This document shows, in pieces, positions 27,021-39,601 of a stretch of DNA of 64,000 nucleotides. The notes under the pieces were generated by a model. It searched no databases and had not been told where the DNA came from. It was given only the letters and a program-made list of their open reading frames with translations. The stretch comes from Eledone cirrhosa (lineage: Eukaryota), in contig OZ024742.1 of the NCBI GenBank assembly GCA_964016885.1, positions 128,712,001 through 128,776,000 on the forward strand, read 5' to 3'. Each line of letters starts with the position of its first letter. Positions within the stretch are counted from its first letter, which is position 1. A program made the translations under genes and the position numbers.

Positions 27021-28983
27021 CATCACCATCCTCATCATCGTTTAACGTCCATGTTCCACGCTTGCATGGGTTTGGACGGGAGTTTTCCCACTTGAGGCAA
27101 GAGTGGTTGTCTTGCTCGCATAGGACTGTCTGGCGGGTTTTCTACAGCTGGATGCCCTTCCTAACACCAACCACATTTACAGTGTGGGACTGGGAGGTTT
27201 TTACCGTGTTGCCTACACAGCCACATTACAGCGTGGACTGTCTGGCGTGTTTTCTACAGCTGGATGCCCTTCCTAACACCAACCACATTTACAGTGTGGG
27301 ACTGGTAGGTTTTTACCGTGTTGCCTACACAGCCACATTACAGCGTGGACTGTCTGGCGTGTTTTCTACAGCTGGATGTCCTTCCTAACACCAACCACAT
27401 TTACAGTGTGGGACTGGGAGGTTTTTACCGTGTTGCCTACACGGCCACATTACAGCGTGGACTGTCTGGCGTGTTTTCTACAGCTGGATGTCCTTCCTAA
27501 CACCAACCACATTTACAGTGTGGGACTGGGAGGTTTTTACCGTGTTGCCTACACGGCCACATTACAGCGTGGACTGTGTGTTCTTTTGTCGTGACACCTA
27601 CACGATCTCATTTGTTTCGGCCTGGATGTTGTGGCACCAACATAACTTTACATTGAAAGGGGCGGTGTGGATGGGGTCGGGGGTGGTGTGACGGGGGTGT
27701 ATTTTGTTAGAGATGCCTACTGACTGTAGTAGGTTTTACTTTATATTTAGGTAAGGCGGGTCTTCTCTATTACTGAGTGCCGCCAAAGATCTCGGTCCAG
27801 TGACATTCTCTTGGAGAGGTGTAAGTGTGTGAGGTCGGAGTTTATCAGGTCATCCCAGGTTTTTCTGGGTCTGCCTACTCCGTGGCTACCGTCTATCTTT
27901 ATTGCCCTGCACTTTTTTATACAGCTGTCGTCTTTCATGCGCATCACGTGACCATACCAACGTAGCCTTCTCTCGAGTAAACAACATCTGATCCCTCTTA
28001 TTTCTAATTTTTCCCTTAGTTCGTTTATGCTTTGCCGTTCGCGTATGTTACTATTACACATCCAGCGGAGCATGCAAGCTTCGTTCCTCTCTAGTCTGCG
28101 TATATCCTCTGCACACAATGCCCAGGTCTCACTGCCATGCAACATTGCTGTTCGTATGCAGGCATCATACAGCCTGCCTTTCATTTTTAGGGAGAACCCT
28201 TTAGCGGCTAATAGTGGTATAAGCTCTCTGAACTTTTTCCATCCAGTTCTGACTCTAGCTACTGTACTTTCAGAGCACCCTCCCCCACTGCTGATTTTGT
28301 CACCCGGGTAACGGAAGCTGTCCACTATTTCTATAGAACCCTCTGCGCAATTGAAAGAGCTAGTATTTTGTGGGCACTTGCTGCTACTTATTGCACCAGA
28401 GCACCGGCCACATGTAAAATCTATGTTCTTAGTTAGCTTACCTATGATCCCACTACATCTTTTATGCGCCCATACTTTGCATTTGGGACATAAAATTGAG
28501 TTTCTATTTACGCCTTTCCTACACACTGAGCATGGCCATTTCCTGGAAGGGACCGGCGCCTTATTTTCTTTCCTACAAACTAGAACTTTAGTCTTAGACA
28601 GGTTAATTTTAAGGCCTTTTGATTCTAGGCCGTGCTTCCATGTTTGGAATTTCTTCTCTAGCTCGGCCATTGATTCAGCTATAAGCGTTAGATCATCTGC
28701 GTATAGGAGTTCCCATGGGCAGCCGGTCTTGAACTCCACTGTTATAACCTGAAGGGCAATAATAAATAGTAGGGGGCTAAGAACAGAGCCCTGATGAACA
28801 CCAACTTTTACGCTAAACTCTTCACTATATTCGTTGTTAATTCTAACCTTGCTGACTGTTTCTTTATACATGGCTTGTATAGCTCTCACAAGCCATTCAT
28901 CAACACCTAGTTTTCTAAGAGCCCACCAGATAATGGAACGGGGGACTCTGTCGAAGGCTTTCTCCAAGTCGACGAAAGCTAAG
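27021..28983 (-). mobile_element. 5'-truncated RTE LINE (C-terminal half of RT, PHD insert, 3'UTR, GAT/GGT tail)
   Basis: Open frame from YLAFVDLEKAFDRVP to the stop at 27747, homologous to the 41-44 kb ORF; same type of 3'UTR and tail. The N-terminus of the listed 444-aa ORF is spurious (microsatellite and antisense Dong sequence). Confidence 0.93.
27123..27577. repeat. Four tandem 112-bp units inside the RTE 3'UTR
   Basis: ggactgt recurs at 27123, 27235, 27347, 27459 and 27571; units differ by only a few substitutions. Confidence 0.95.
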
Positions 28984-29029
28984 TACATATATATAAATGC
29001 ACATACATACATACACACATACATAATAT

Positions 29030-29670
29030 GAAAGAGTACTGGTGGAATGTTCCAGTAAAAACCCCAATAAAATGCAGCCATAACAGACCAGATATAATGA
29101 TATAGGACAAGGAAAAGAAGGCATGCACAGTAGTGGAAGTTAGCTGCCCAGCAGATGCCAATATAATATAAAAAATTAGCGAAAAGGAAAATATCTATGC
29201 AGAACTAATGAGAAATCTGCAGATACGCCACCCTGACAATACCTTCATATTTATACCTGTGATTATTGGGGCAGTGGGATATGTTAGTAACTGCCTCAGT
29301 ACAAATCTTGAGAAGCTGGGCTTCACAGAAACAGAAAGAACACGACTAGTTAGGAAATTACAAGTACAATCCATTAATGGAACAGTAAAAATATGTAAAA
29401 CATTCCAAAAATTCTACATCTAATAACTCCATGTACACATGTACAGATACAAAGTATATACACATGCACACATATAACTCAAAACATACACCTCCACACA
29501 TACAATAACATCCATACCTGCACACACATGCATTCATGTATGCAGACATGCATACACATCTACCTAGCTGAGGTTGTGTAAATTCAAATGAGACGGTCTT
29601 CTATCTATGTTAGAAACCGACTCTTTCTCTTTATTGGTAAAAAATTTGTGAAATTATAAAACCAGAATAA
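29030..29670 (+). mobile_element. 3' fragment of a Dong/R4-clade non-LTR retrotransposon (restriction-like endonuclease), degenerate
   Basis: Reads YWWNVPVKTPIKCSHNRPDIMI*DKEKKACTVVEVSCP...KENIYAEL...IPVIIGAVG, i.e. RLE PD..E..K motifs with in-frame stops, followed by a 3'UTR. Confidence 0.8.
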
Positions 29671-31069
29671 CACACACACAGATATATATATATATATATA
29701 TATCATCATCACCATCACCATCATCGTTTAACGTCCATATTCCACGCTTGCATGGGTTTGGACTATATATATATATATATATATACACACACTTGTATCA
29801 AACCTGCGACCTTATGGTTGTAAACCCAACAGTCTAAGCATAAGGCTACACAGAACTTAATCCTTCTAAACTGCAAGGTCAACAGCCTTGAGAAGAAGAC
29901 CTATGAGCCTGACTTTCCCTTAACACACTATGTAAAAATGAAGCCTTTGGTGCTGACCCAACAATCCATGAAGTGTTACAGGATGTTTTCCTTGCAATGA
30001 TGTGAGTGTTGCAAAGTGGTTGTACATCAACATTATCATTTGTCTGCTTTTTCTTTCTTGCATGGCTTGCACTGGATCTCACCAGCATAGTCTGCCTCCA
30101 TTAGCTGTATTCCTTCATCATCTCTGAAGTTCAGCCTTTTGAGATCAGCTCTAATCACTTCTACCTAGTTTTTCCAGTGTATTCCTATATCACAGCTTCC
30201 TTCCACTGGGATTTCCTGGCACTTCTTCATCCTAGTATCATCATCCATACACATCACATGTCCATACAGCACAGTCTTCTCTCTTGCACACTATATCTGA
30301 TTCCATTTATATTCATTTTTTTTTTTTGCTCCATCACTCATGTACACTATTATCACACATCCAACAAAGACAATCTTGTTTAATTTCTCTGCAGCCTCTG
30401 CATATTCAATGCATTTACCAGCCATTGCATGAAATATCTGTAAATCAGGTTCAATTCCTGGCTGAGAAATGTTTCACTCGTAAACTGATCTCCAGTTATA
30501 TTTTCTGATAAACCTGCACAAAGCTTTCTAGTTGACTGCTGCTTGAACTTCTGCATGAAGGTAAGTTTCTATTCATGATCTAATGACTCATTAAACTTTC
30601 ATGATCATGTGAAATACATATAAATAGACTGTATATGTATGGTAATTAAAAATAAAACAAGAATTTAAATAGACTTTAATAAAATATTTTTTTTTAACTG
30701 CTATCATCTTTCTTGTGAAAGACAATGACTGATTTTCAAATAATTTTGAAAATAATCAAGAATTTGGAAGGGTTTAATAATATAGCTTTCTCATAACTTT
30801 TTTTTTTTTTTTAATTGATCAACAAGTTCCCAGTTCTCACTCACTAAGTGGGGTGGAAATCATGAAATCAGACCAAGGAAACGTTTCCATTGGTCTTTTC
30901 ATTGCCGATACTAACAACCAGTTGCAATTCCTGACACAAAGAGAAACATGAAATAAAGTGTCTTGCTCCAGAACATAACATATCGCCCGGTCCAGGAATC
31001 AAACTCACAACCTCAAAATTGTGAATCCAATTCTCTAACCAGTAAGCCATGTGCCTTCTCATTATTAAA

Positions 31070-31263
31070 GGGCGGTGAATTGGCACTATCGGTAGAGGGT
31101 CCGACGCCATGCTTTGTAGCAAAGAGTTACGGCCCTTTATGATCTGAGTTCAAATCCCGCCGAGGTTAACTTTGCCTTTCATCCTTACGGGGTCGATAAA
31201 ATAAAGTACCAGTAATACACTGGGATAATTGCTGGCCTTGTGCCAAAAATAGAAACAATTATT
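31070..31263 (+). mobile_element. tRNA-derived SINE with Meta-like central domain (representative copy; others at ~385-570, 10455-10640, 18385-18600, 18870-19035, 24030-24445, 46265-46385, 54052-54430, 56520-57055)
   Basis: A/B-box-like head (ggtgaattggca...gagttcaaatccc), core ccgaggttaactttgcctttcatccttacggggtcgataaaataaagtaccag, (ATT)n tail; many near-identical copies. Confidence 0.85.
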
Positions 31264-32636
31264 AAGCTGGAGTTTGGAGCACAACTTAAAGATTATTACA
31301 TAAAATTATGATGGAGGAATTTAGATAAATACAAATACTTAAAAACAAACAGTTTTGCATCAGAGGACCAAGGGCAGTTTCAGGTAGTTTGGTAATGAAA
31401 GGGTTAAAGTAATTTATATTAGGTTGGTGCTTGTAAAGGTAGTGAATTGGTAGTCATTAGAGCATCAGATTGTATGTTCACTTTATTTGTTCTAGCTCCC
31501 TGCCGTCTGTGTTCAAATCTCACCAAGGTCAACTATGCCAGTTCGTGGTGGTGGATCAGTATCTCTTCTGGTACCTCACATTCTATGTTCAAATTCTGCC
31601 AAAGGATCTAAATCCCGCCCATTGCTATTGTATCTATTTAGGTAACTTTACTCTTTGAATTGTGCCAGCAACATCACTGGTGCCAAATTGTATTGTTCCT
31701 TGCCTTCCACTTGGACAACATAGGAGGGTTGAAAAGGAAGAATTGCATGCACAAGTAACTACTGGTCTGCCACAACAATCCTTGCCTAGGGTTACACTGT
31801 GAAGGACATTTTGGCTACAGATTCTTGGTCTCACAAGATGTACAAAGACTCCTCTATGGATTGGCACAAAAGGTTCTTACTCAGTTTCTCATGATATAAA
31901 TTACAGCTTAGAGAATGAATAAGAGAAGTGGATTGGGCGCATTTAGTTATGACCCTTTACCTTCTGATTTCAAATCCTATCAAGGTCAAATTTACCTTTT
32001 ATCCACCTGTCAAGGACTGGGTTTTATTTAATTGATTTTTCTGACTCCTTAAAAACTGTTGGTCTTATGTCTAAATTAGGAACCATTAATTAAAACACAA
32101 ATGTTTAATGAGATTTCAGCTGTGGTTTTAATTTATATAGGAATGTAGTTTCAGTTTGAAAAATGGTATCAGGGAACCAGGGACTATCTGAAGTGGGTTA
32201 ATGTTGTGTGTTGGAGATCCACCAGTTCTGAGGGTGTGTATTCCAGTTGTTCAATCAACGGAACAGCTTACTCATGAAATTAATGTGCAAGCAGCTAAGC
32301 ATTCTGCAGACTTGTGCACCCTTAATACAGTTCTCAGGAAAATTAGGCACAACACAATGCTGGCCCTTTCAATTAAAGATGCAACCCACTCTTGCTAGCT
32401 GAGTGGACTGGAGCAATGCAAAATATGTCTTGTTGAACATGCTGCTTGGGTTCGGAATGGAACTCACTACCTTATGATCATGAGCCCAGCACTTTCACAT
32501 TTAATTTAAGTAAGAAGGAAGTTTCAGTTAGGGAAATAGTAATGGGAATGAGAGGCAACCTGAGTTGGGTTAGTATTAAGAAAACAAAAATATAGTAGAG
32601 GTTTACATGCCAGCTAATAATCATCTACATACTTAC

Positions 32637-32711
32637 TTCAACATAGGATTCTGGAATGAGACCTTGTGCTCCACTGGAGCTGCGAGCTTCCCACCAGCCA
32701 TCACCTATGTC
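32637..32711 (-). CDS. SNX9: Sorting nexin exon, SH3 domain part 2 (DIGDGWWEARSSSGAQGLIPESYVE)
   Basis: ttgcag and gtaagt sites, 75 nt; SH3 GWW...GLIPxxYV motif. Confidence 0.95.
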
Positions 32712-33679
32712 CTGCAATTAAAACCAATCAACTATTAAGAATCTTTCATTTCTGTATCAATAAAGAGTGATAGAAAATTAGCAGAGTTGTTAAGGGCATT
32801 AGATTAAAAATGTCTTATTTGTTCCAGCAATTTGGGCTCTGAGTTGAAATCCTGCTGAGATCAGCTGTGACTTTCATCCTTTCAAGGTCGATAAATAAAG
32901 TACCAGTCCAATACTGGGGTTGGTTCTTCCCCTATATCTCCCATCTATTTCTTACTTTCTCCTTCTCTTTCTAGAAGAAATCAGCAGTGTTCAGACATGG
33001 AAAGGAGATGACAGGCTGTGTCAAGTATAAATGCCTAAACATCCCATAAATCATAATATCCCTACAACTCCATCAAAAATTAAAGATCCGTGGTCATTAA
33101 TGATGACACAAAACACAATTATTTTCATTTTTTTTTTGTTTTCTTAACATTTATTTCTTATTCATTTATTTGTTTGCAGCTTATCCTGATATGAACCCCT
33201 CGTAGTAAGAGGTAGAAAATAGGTTTCATCTTACACATGATACTTATATTTAAAGCATCACATGAAAAATCAGTCTACACATTAATACATTTTCATAACA
33301 ATCTATCCATCAATAAAGACACTATACACATTTGAATTAACAAACCTATTTTTAGATAGTTTCTGCAAAATGATTGTAAGATATTAAGAGTCAAGTCAAA
33401 CTTTACTTCAACAATCACTGCCACAAAATTGTGCTTGCCTCAAATTGCCTCGTTGACAATGTGTCCTAGTCCTATTTTGCAGTTAAATTCATGTTAGATT
33501 TTAAACTCATCACAATTATTTCACAATTAAGTGGTAATCATTTGAAAGGAAGTGCATCCAATTGTAAAAACTACTTGTTTTAACATGTGGCTGTCCAAAT
33601 TTCTAGAATCTATCATAGTAGCCTAAAAGAGAAATAGATGAAATAAATGTATAAAAATAAATAAAAAAAATATATATAT

Positions 33680-35700
33680 TTTTATTATCATTATACTTTT
33701 TATTTGCCACAAGGGCCAACAAAAAGGAGACAATACAGTAGACAGGGGGCAGGAGGTACAGTGAAATAGAGTAGAAAAAAAGTAACAAACATATAACAAT
33801 GAACAAAAGAATTACAAAGAAAATTCCACAATGGGGGGGGGGGGGGTCAACCAGGAGTGACTTAGGAACCCCACAAATCCTAAACCACCCAACGCTCAAA
33901 GAGTACCCTAGGAAGGTGCCCCTTTCCTCTCTAAATCAGCCAGCCTACATGTGCACGTTCAGAGTAGGGCCATTCACACAAACCATTGTTGCAACATTCA
34001 TCCGCCTTTTAGCAAATGTACTGGGGGGGGGGGGCACTTCTCCCCTCTCCCTCACCTTCCTTTCCAAGTGAAACTTGCAAAAGTTGATGAGGGATTAGCT
34101 GAAGAGAAACGTGTCTGTCTTCAGTCCTTTCAACCTGGTCCACCAGACAGAGGAAAACTGCCTGCGCTTCCCGGCCAAAAGAAGGTGGTGGGGTGATCTT
34201 CACTATGGACTCGGTCGATAATCAGATCCGGCTTACATGTGACAACAGCTGTTCAACATAACTCCACAGGTCAGTAATGCACAGACACTGGACGAGTGCA
34301 TGCAGAACAGTTTCATCGCTCTGCGCCTATCTTGGACAGGTCCGTCTGATAGCACTTCTGTACCTGTAGAGTTATCTTGAACTGGCATTGCCCCCCAGTA
34401 GCACTGCCAAGCGAGGGATTTCTGGAAGTTATCCATAGTCCCTGGTTCAAAAGTCCTCCAGAACAGACTGGTTATTTTGATGCCAAGAGACTCTCCAAGA
34501 GTGTCGTCGCATTTGCCCACCACTGACCCTCTATAGAACTCTAGAGTGGAAGTTCCACTGACCACATTGTTCCCCTAGTGAAGGGCAGTGAGCACTTGGC
34601 AACATTCTAGATGCCCAGTCTCGGTTTCTTCTTAACCCAGGAGTTCAGCTCAGTCAAATGGATGAGCTGCAGAAAGACAAGTCTCACAAGGAGTGACCAC
34701 ACCTCTTCACCGTTTAAACAATATCTTAAGATGCTGTAGCCTCAGCATGTGTTTGCACATCATCAACCACGGCATGCTCAACTCTCGAGGGAGCTGGCAG
34801 CAGATGGACCACCCCACCAATAGAATCTGTCTCTTCCACAAAAAGCGGAAGATGTGTGAACGAGGGCAAGGCACAATGGTCGGGCAGTAGCAGATGGCAG
34901 ACAATATACATATTCACCACCTACACCCGACCTTTTAGGGATAGTTTCCTCTTGGTCCATTTCTGTGTGAGAGTGGCCACTCTGCTCTTTACCTCGCTTC
35001 AGTTCTTATCCACCTGGAGGTCTGGTCCGAACCAGACCCCAAGCAACATCACCAGTCCGTCTGCCCAGCGTCTGAGGACGCTGTTGAACGGCATGGATTT
35101 GCCTCTGCAAGTGCCGAGCTGCAAAGACTTTTCCGGGTTTAGTTTTGTTCCCGTCAAGCTTTCATGTTCCTCCAGGAAGGTGCTAACTACCTTGATTTCT
35201 GAGGTGTTCGACACCACCATGGTGATGGCATCCGTATATGCTGACACAGCCCTCCCATTCCTGGTTCAAGTGGGATACTCTGCAACAGCTCCAGCTTCCG
35301 CAGTAATGGCTCAAGAGTCAATATGTACAGAGAGGGCACCCTCTAAAACAGTTCCGAAAGGTGGCCATTTACTTTGACCTCCAAATAGATGACACTGTAC
35401 ATTGCAGTGATCCAGCCTCAGAAGACAGGGCCAAAGCCAGCTGCCTTGAAGACAGCCTCCAGGTATCGATGGTCGATCCTATCGAAAGCTTTCGATAGAT
35501 CTAAATTGATCAGAGCCCCACCCAAGTCAGGTTTACACCCTACCCTCTCTATGATTGCATGAGGTGGAGATCGTCGTGTAGACCTGATCAGGATTGCGCT
35601 TGTTTGCCCCTCCTCAAACACAGACCCTCGACGAGGAGGAGGAAAGGGTGGAGGATTGAGGAAGAGAACTAGTTTGGCAAGTGACTTGATTTGAGACCAT
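33680..35700 (-). mobile_element. Degenerate L1/Tx1-clade LINE ORF2 3' portion
   Basis: GALINLDLSKAFDRIDHRYL, SAYTDAIT (degenerate YADD region), GTKLNPEKS, LLGVWFG; frameshifted; AATAAA and an A-rich end near 33680-33705. Confidence 0.85.
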
Positions 35701-37640
35701 GCCTTAAAACTAAATTTCAATTACATTGTGTGGGTGTTACTTTAGACATTCAAAAATATACAAAAACATTATTTATTCCATGACACCAAAATTTTCATTG
35801 CAACTAAGTGTGTCAGTAATAAGTACAATACAAACTTTGACACCAACAAATACAAGATAAACTGAGGTGAATTCAATAGCATTTGCATTTTTTTTAAATG
35901 GCTAAAATTACTTCTACCTGATGTAATTTCATTAATATCTAGCTTCAGCAGAACACCATATATTTCAATGTGAGGATAGTTATTTATTTAATCAATTTAA
36001 ACGTCTGTATAGAGCTAGTAAGCCATGACAGACTAGGGGAAGTATCTAGTACTTCTTACAGTTGAGAAATAAAAAAACAAGATATCGAGAGATAAGTGAA
36101 TATAAAAATAAACCTTTTAAATTAACAAAAAATAAAATTAAATTAAAAAAATTGAATAGGGAAAGCCATCAGCTGGTAAAATAAGCATAAAAAAGATGAA
36201 GGAAAAATGGAAGCAAGGGAAGCTGTAAAGCAGCTAGGAGGTTCTGTTGTTGAACCTTTAAGTAACCTTCATGATTTTGTTGAGTTATAGACAACCAAAC
36301 CACGATGAATTGGCAGAGTGATTAGAGAGACAGTAATTGTTTCAGCTCTCTACACTCTGGCCGATTTATACTTTCAGGGTCAATAAAATAAAGTAGCAGT
36401 ACTAGTGTGGTGATATGAAGGGATTGTTAGAGTCAGACAAAATGCCTTGTGGAATATATTCTGCCTTCTAATCATGCTGTAGCTGACTTGAGTGGTAGAC
36501 ATGATCTATTACCCAGTTTAATACCATCAGCAGGCCCTTAGATTCCTTTGGCAGAGTCCACTTTATTGCAAGCAAAAGAACCGGGTCGCTTGTTTGGGGA
36601 TACCTTCCTCACTCCTCTCTTCCAACCAATCTCGAAGAACTTGAAAACATCATGGCCATTCCCCTTCTCATTTTGATAAAAACAATAAAACAATATTTCC
36701 AGGTAGATTACATAATACTCCTAGTAATGATACTGTAATAATGATTTTGATTTTCTTAAATGCAGTAGTTTGATCAGAATTATCTACAGAAATAAAATGA
36801 TATATGTTATATGTCCTTAGTGAAGGTGCATGGCTTAGTGGTTAGAGAGTTGGAATCTTAATTGTGAGGTTGTGAGTCAATTCCTGGGCTGGGCAATGTG
36901 TTATGTCCTTGAGCAAGATACTATTTCATATTGCTCCTTCTGCCAGAAGTTGTGACTGGTAGATTATAGTAGCAATTGGAAGGACTAAAGGAAACATTGT
37001 TTCCTTGGTCTGATATAACAATTTCCACTTCACTCAGTAAACGAATGAGGTCTGGGATCTTGTCGATTCGGATATTTTTTCTTTTTTTTTTTTTTGTTAG
37101 ATGCCAGATGACGACATTACTGACCAATTAAAGTGACATTGTCTCTATATCATCATTTACCAACCTGGAGAGGGATGGGTGCCAACAACTATCAGAAGTT
37201 ACAGGAACAGTGACAGTACCCACGAACAACCCAATCAACAGACATTAAGATTAAACATTACTATTCCTCCTCTTAATATATATATATATATATATATATA
37301 AACAATGAGTTATTTAATTTGTTGATTATTCAACAAAGTTAATTTATAACAGATTAGAAGCACTCAACAGCATTCTTCTGGAGTATAATATCAATATTAA
37401 TAAATGGAAAATATTTTTTTTTTCTTCAATTTTAATAGCAAACCTATCTTTTTCTTTTTCTTTTTAAAAAATAATTTAGATAATTATTTAAATATATCTA
37501 GCGTCTAAACATAACGGTCCTTTTCAGTTTTAACGTTATCCTCATTAGCATATTCATCCAGAGTTTTGAACATTTATTTACAATCTACATAGAACTCACA
37601 ACATTATGTCGATATGTCATTATCTTTAAACAAAATATTG

Positions 37641-37701
37641 TATTTTATCTGACGATAGCGTACCAAAATACTGGTACCCTTGAAATATGTATAATAAAAT
37701 A
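37641..37701 (+). ncRNA. Minimal type I hammerhead ribozyme, diverged paralog
   Basis: TATTTTAT-CTGACGA-TAGCGTACCA(AAATAC)TGGTACCCTT-GAAA-TATGTATA-ATAAAATA; stem II has a different sequence but still pairs. Confidence 0.7.
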
Positions 37702-37798
37702 AATATGGTTTTATAAAGATATTTTCCATTTATTAATATTATTAATATATATATATACGATATTAAACAAATGGAAACTATATTTATAAAACCATATT

Positions 37799-37864
37799 TA
37801 TTTCATTATACATATTTCGGGGATACCATATTAAAAATATGGCATGCCTTCTTCAGATAAAATA
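37799..37864 (-). ncRNA. Minimal type I hammerhead ribozyme (inverted copy, sense to host pre-mRNA)
   Basis: Reverse complement of 39028-39093. Confidence 0.7.
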
Positions 37865-38109
37865 CAATATATAAACAGTTTTATAAATAATTTTGACGTA
37901 CCATAAATATTGATCAACTTTTATGTAAGAAGTTGGTTTGGTAGTGAAATGTTTATAAATATTTAGTGTTAAGCACAGTTAAAAAGAAAGACGGAGAAAA
38001 AGAAGAAATGTATGTAAAGAAAAACAGAGAGAAATAGTGAGGACGGGAGAGAGAAATAGTGAGGAGGTGAAAAAAGAGTATATATGTATATATATATATA
38101 TAGTAAAAT

Positions 38110-39139
38110 CTTTTATAACACAAGGGAAAATTTTTTTTTCTGTGAAACAAGAAATTACAGAGTTGATCACGTAAGATCATGGGTATGTCTATAGTATCAA
38201 CTAGAACTTGAGATGACCTTCTCTTTTTCTCTTTCTTTCCTTTTCCGGAAAGTACTTATATACTTATATATTTCCGTATTTTTTGAAGTTTTATCTCAGT
38301 TTTTGGTACATCGACCTCAGAATTTTAAACTAAACATATGGTCATTATTTTTCACACATTATATATCTGTCTCATTCATGAATATTGATATTTACATTAT
38401 AATACCCAATTCATATGAATTGATAATTCAAATTGATAGGACATAACGTAAAGTTGTAAATCTATCATCCCTCTCTCTAGATATAGCTCTTTCTTCTCCT
38501 CCCTCTTTATATTTGATGAAGTCTAAGTATCGGTTATTTTAACTTTGCCTCTCGAGTTTCTCTTTTGTTTTCTCTCTTACTTCTCTCCTATTTCTCTCAC
38601 CTCCCCATATATAATAATAATTATTATTTGGTCTACCTCTTTTTTCCCCCACCTCTATCTTTCTCTCTCTCTCTGTTTTCTCTTCATTTTTTATTTCTCT
38701 CCGTCTCCTTAACACTATAACTAAATAAGTACAGTACTCCCTCCCTCCTAAATCTCTCAATTTGTATGATGAATTATTATTATTCATCTGTTGCCTCAGC
38801 TGCCTCTCTTTTTTCACCTCCTCACTATTTCTCTCTCCCCTATCTCTCTCTATTTCTCTCTGTTTTTCTTTACATACATTTCTTCTTTTTCTCCATCTTT
38901 TTTTTTTTTTTAACTGTGCTTAACACTAAATATTTATAAACATTTCACTACCAAACCAACTTCTTACATAAAAGTTGATCAATATTTATGGTACGTCAAA
39001 ATTATTTATAAAACTGTTTATATATTGTATTTTATCTGAAGAAGGCATGCCATATTTTTAATATGGTATCCCCGAAATATGTATAATGAAATAAATATGG
39101 TTTTATAAATATAGTTTCCATTTGTTTAATATCGTATAT
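38110..39139 (+). mobile_element. Penelope-like element 3' remnant with hammerhead-bearing terminal repeat
   Basis: Degenerate NKK...TELIT..H-like terminus near 38145-38180, CT-rich UTR and HHR at 39028-39093; its last ~330 bp are duplicated in inverted orientation at 37753-38078. Confidence 0.6.
39028..39093 (+). ncRNA. Minimal type I hammerhead ribozyme (Penelope-type)
   Basis: Stem I TATTTTAT/ATGAAATA, CTGAAGA, stem II ATGCCATATT/AATATGGTAT, GAAA, short near-palindromic stem III TATGTA, AUA site. Confidence 0.7.
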
Positions 39140-39402
39140 CTATTCCAAAACTTGTTGAGTGCTTTATATCAGTTATAAAATATTTACTTGTTGTAACCCA
39201 ACAATTTTAAATAAAACTTTTGCATATATATATATATATATATCATCATCATCATCATTTAACGTCTATCTTCCATGCTAGCATGGGTTTAGACGGGAAT
39301 TGTCCCACTTGAGGCAAGATTGGTTGTCTTGTTCCTATAGGACTGTCTGGCAGGTTTTCTACGGCTGGATGCCCTTCCTGACACCAACCATGTTTACAAT
39401 TA

Positions 39403-39473
39403 TTCCATTACCAAAGGTTTCACGAAGTCAGACGATTCTAACAGAGGCGTCTGAAGTCGTTCATCAGATAGAA
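39403..39473 (-). ncRNA. Type I hammerhead ribozyme (inverted copy, sense to host pre-mRNA)
   Basis: Exact reverse complement of 39868-39938. Confidence 0.8.
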
Positions 39474-39601
39474 ATCTTTAATATGGATGTAAAGATGGGA
39501 AATTAAAGTCAAAATCTATTATAAATGAAAGTGAGGGAAATGTTTCCCCTCACTTTCATTTATAATAGATTTTGACTTTAATTTCACATCTTACATCCAT
39601 A

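Larger units (their letters stand above)
37753..39139. repeat. ~330-bp inverted repeat pair (37753-38078 and 38806-39139)
   Basis: Near-identical reverse complements, e.g. ggcatgccttcttcagataaaatacaatat versus atattgtattttatctgaagaaggcatgcc. Confidence 0.95.

Noticed and set aside
27123-27577. CRISPR-like regular repeat
   Set aside because: Contiguous near-identical 112-bp units with no unique spacers, in a eukaryotic LINE 3'UTR, with no cas genes.
31070-31165. tRNA gene
   Set aside because: The A/B boxes belong to SINE heads; there is no cloverleaf and the sequence continues into SINE body.
36921-37127. 68-aa minus-strand ORF as an extra exon
   Set aside because: It would interrupt the SH3 domain, overlaps a SINE end and shows no homology.
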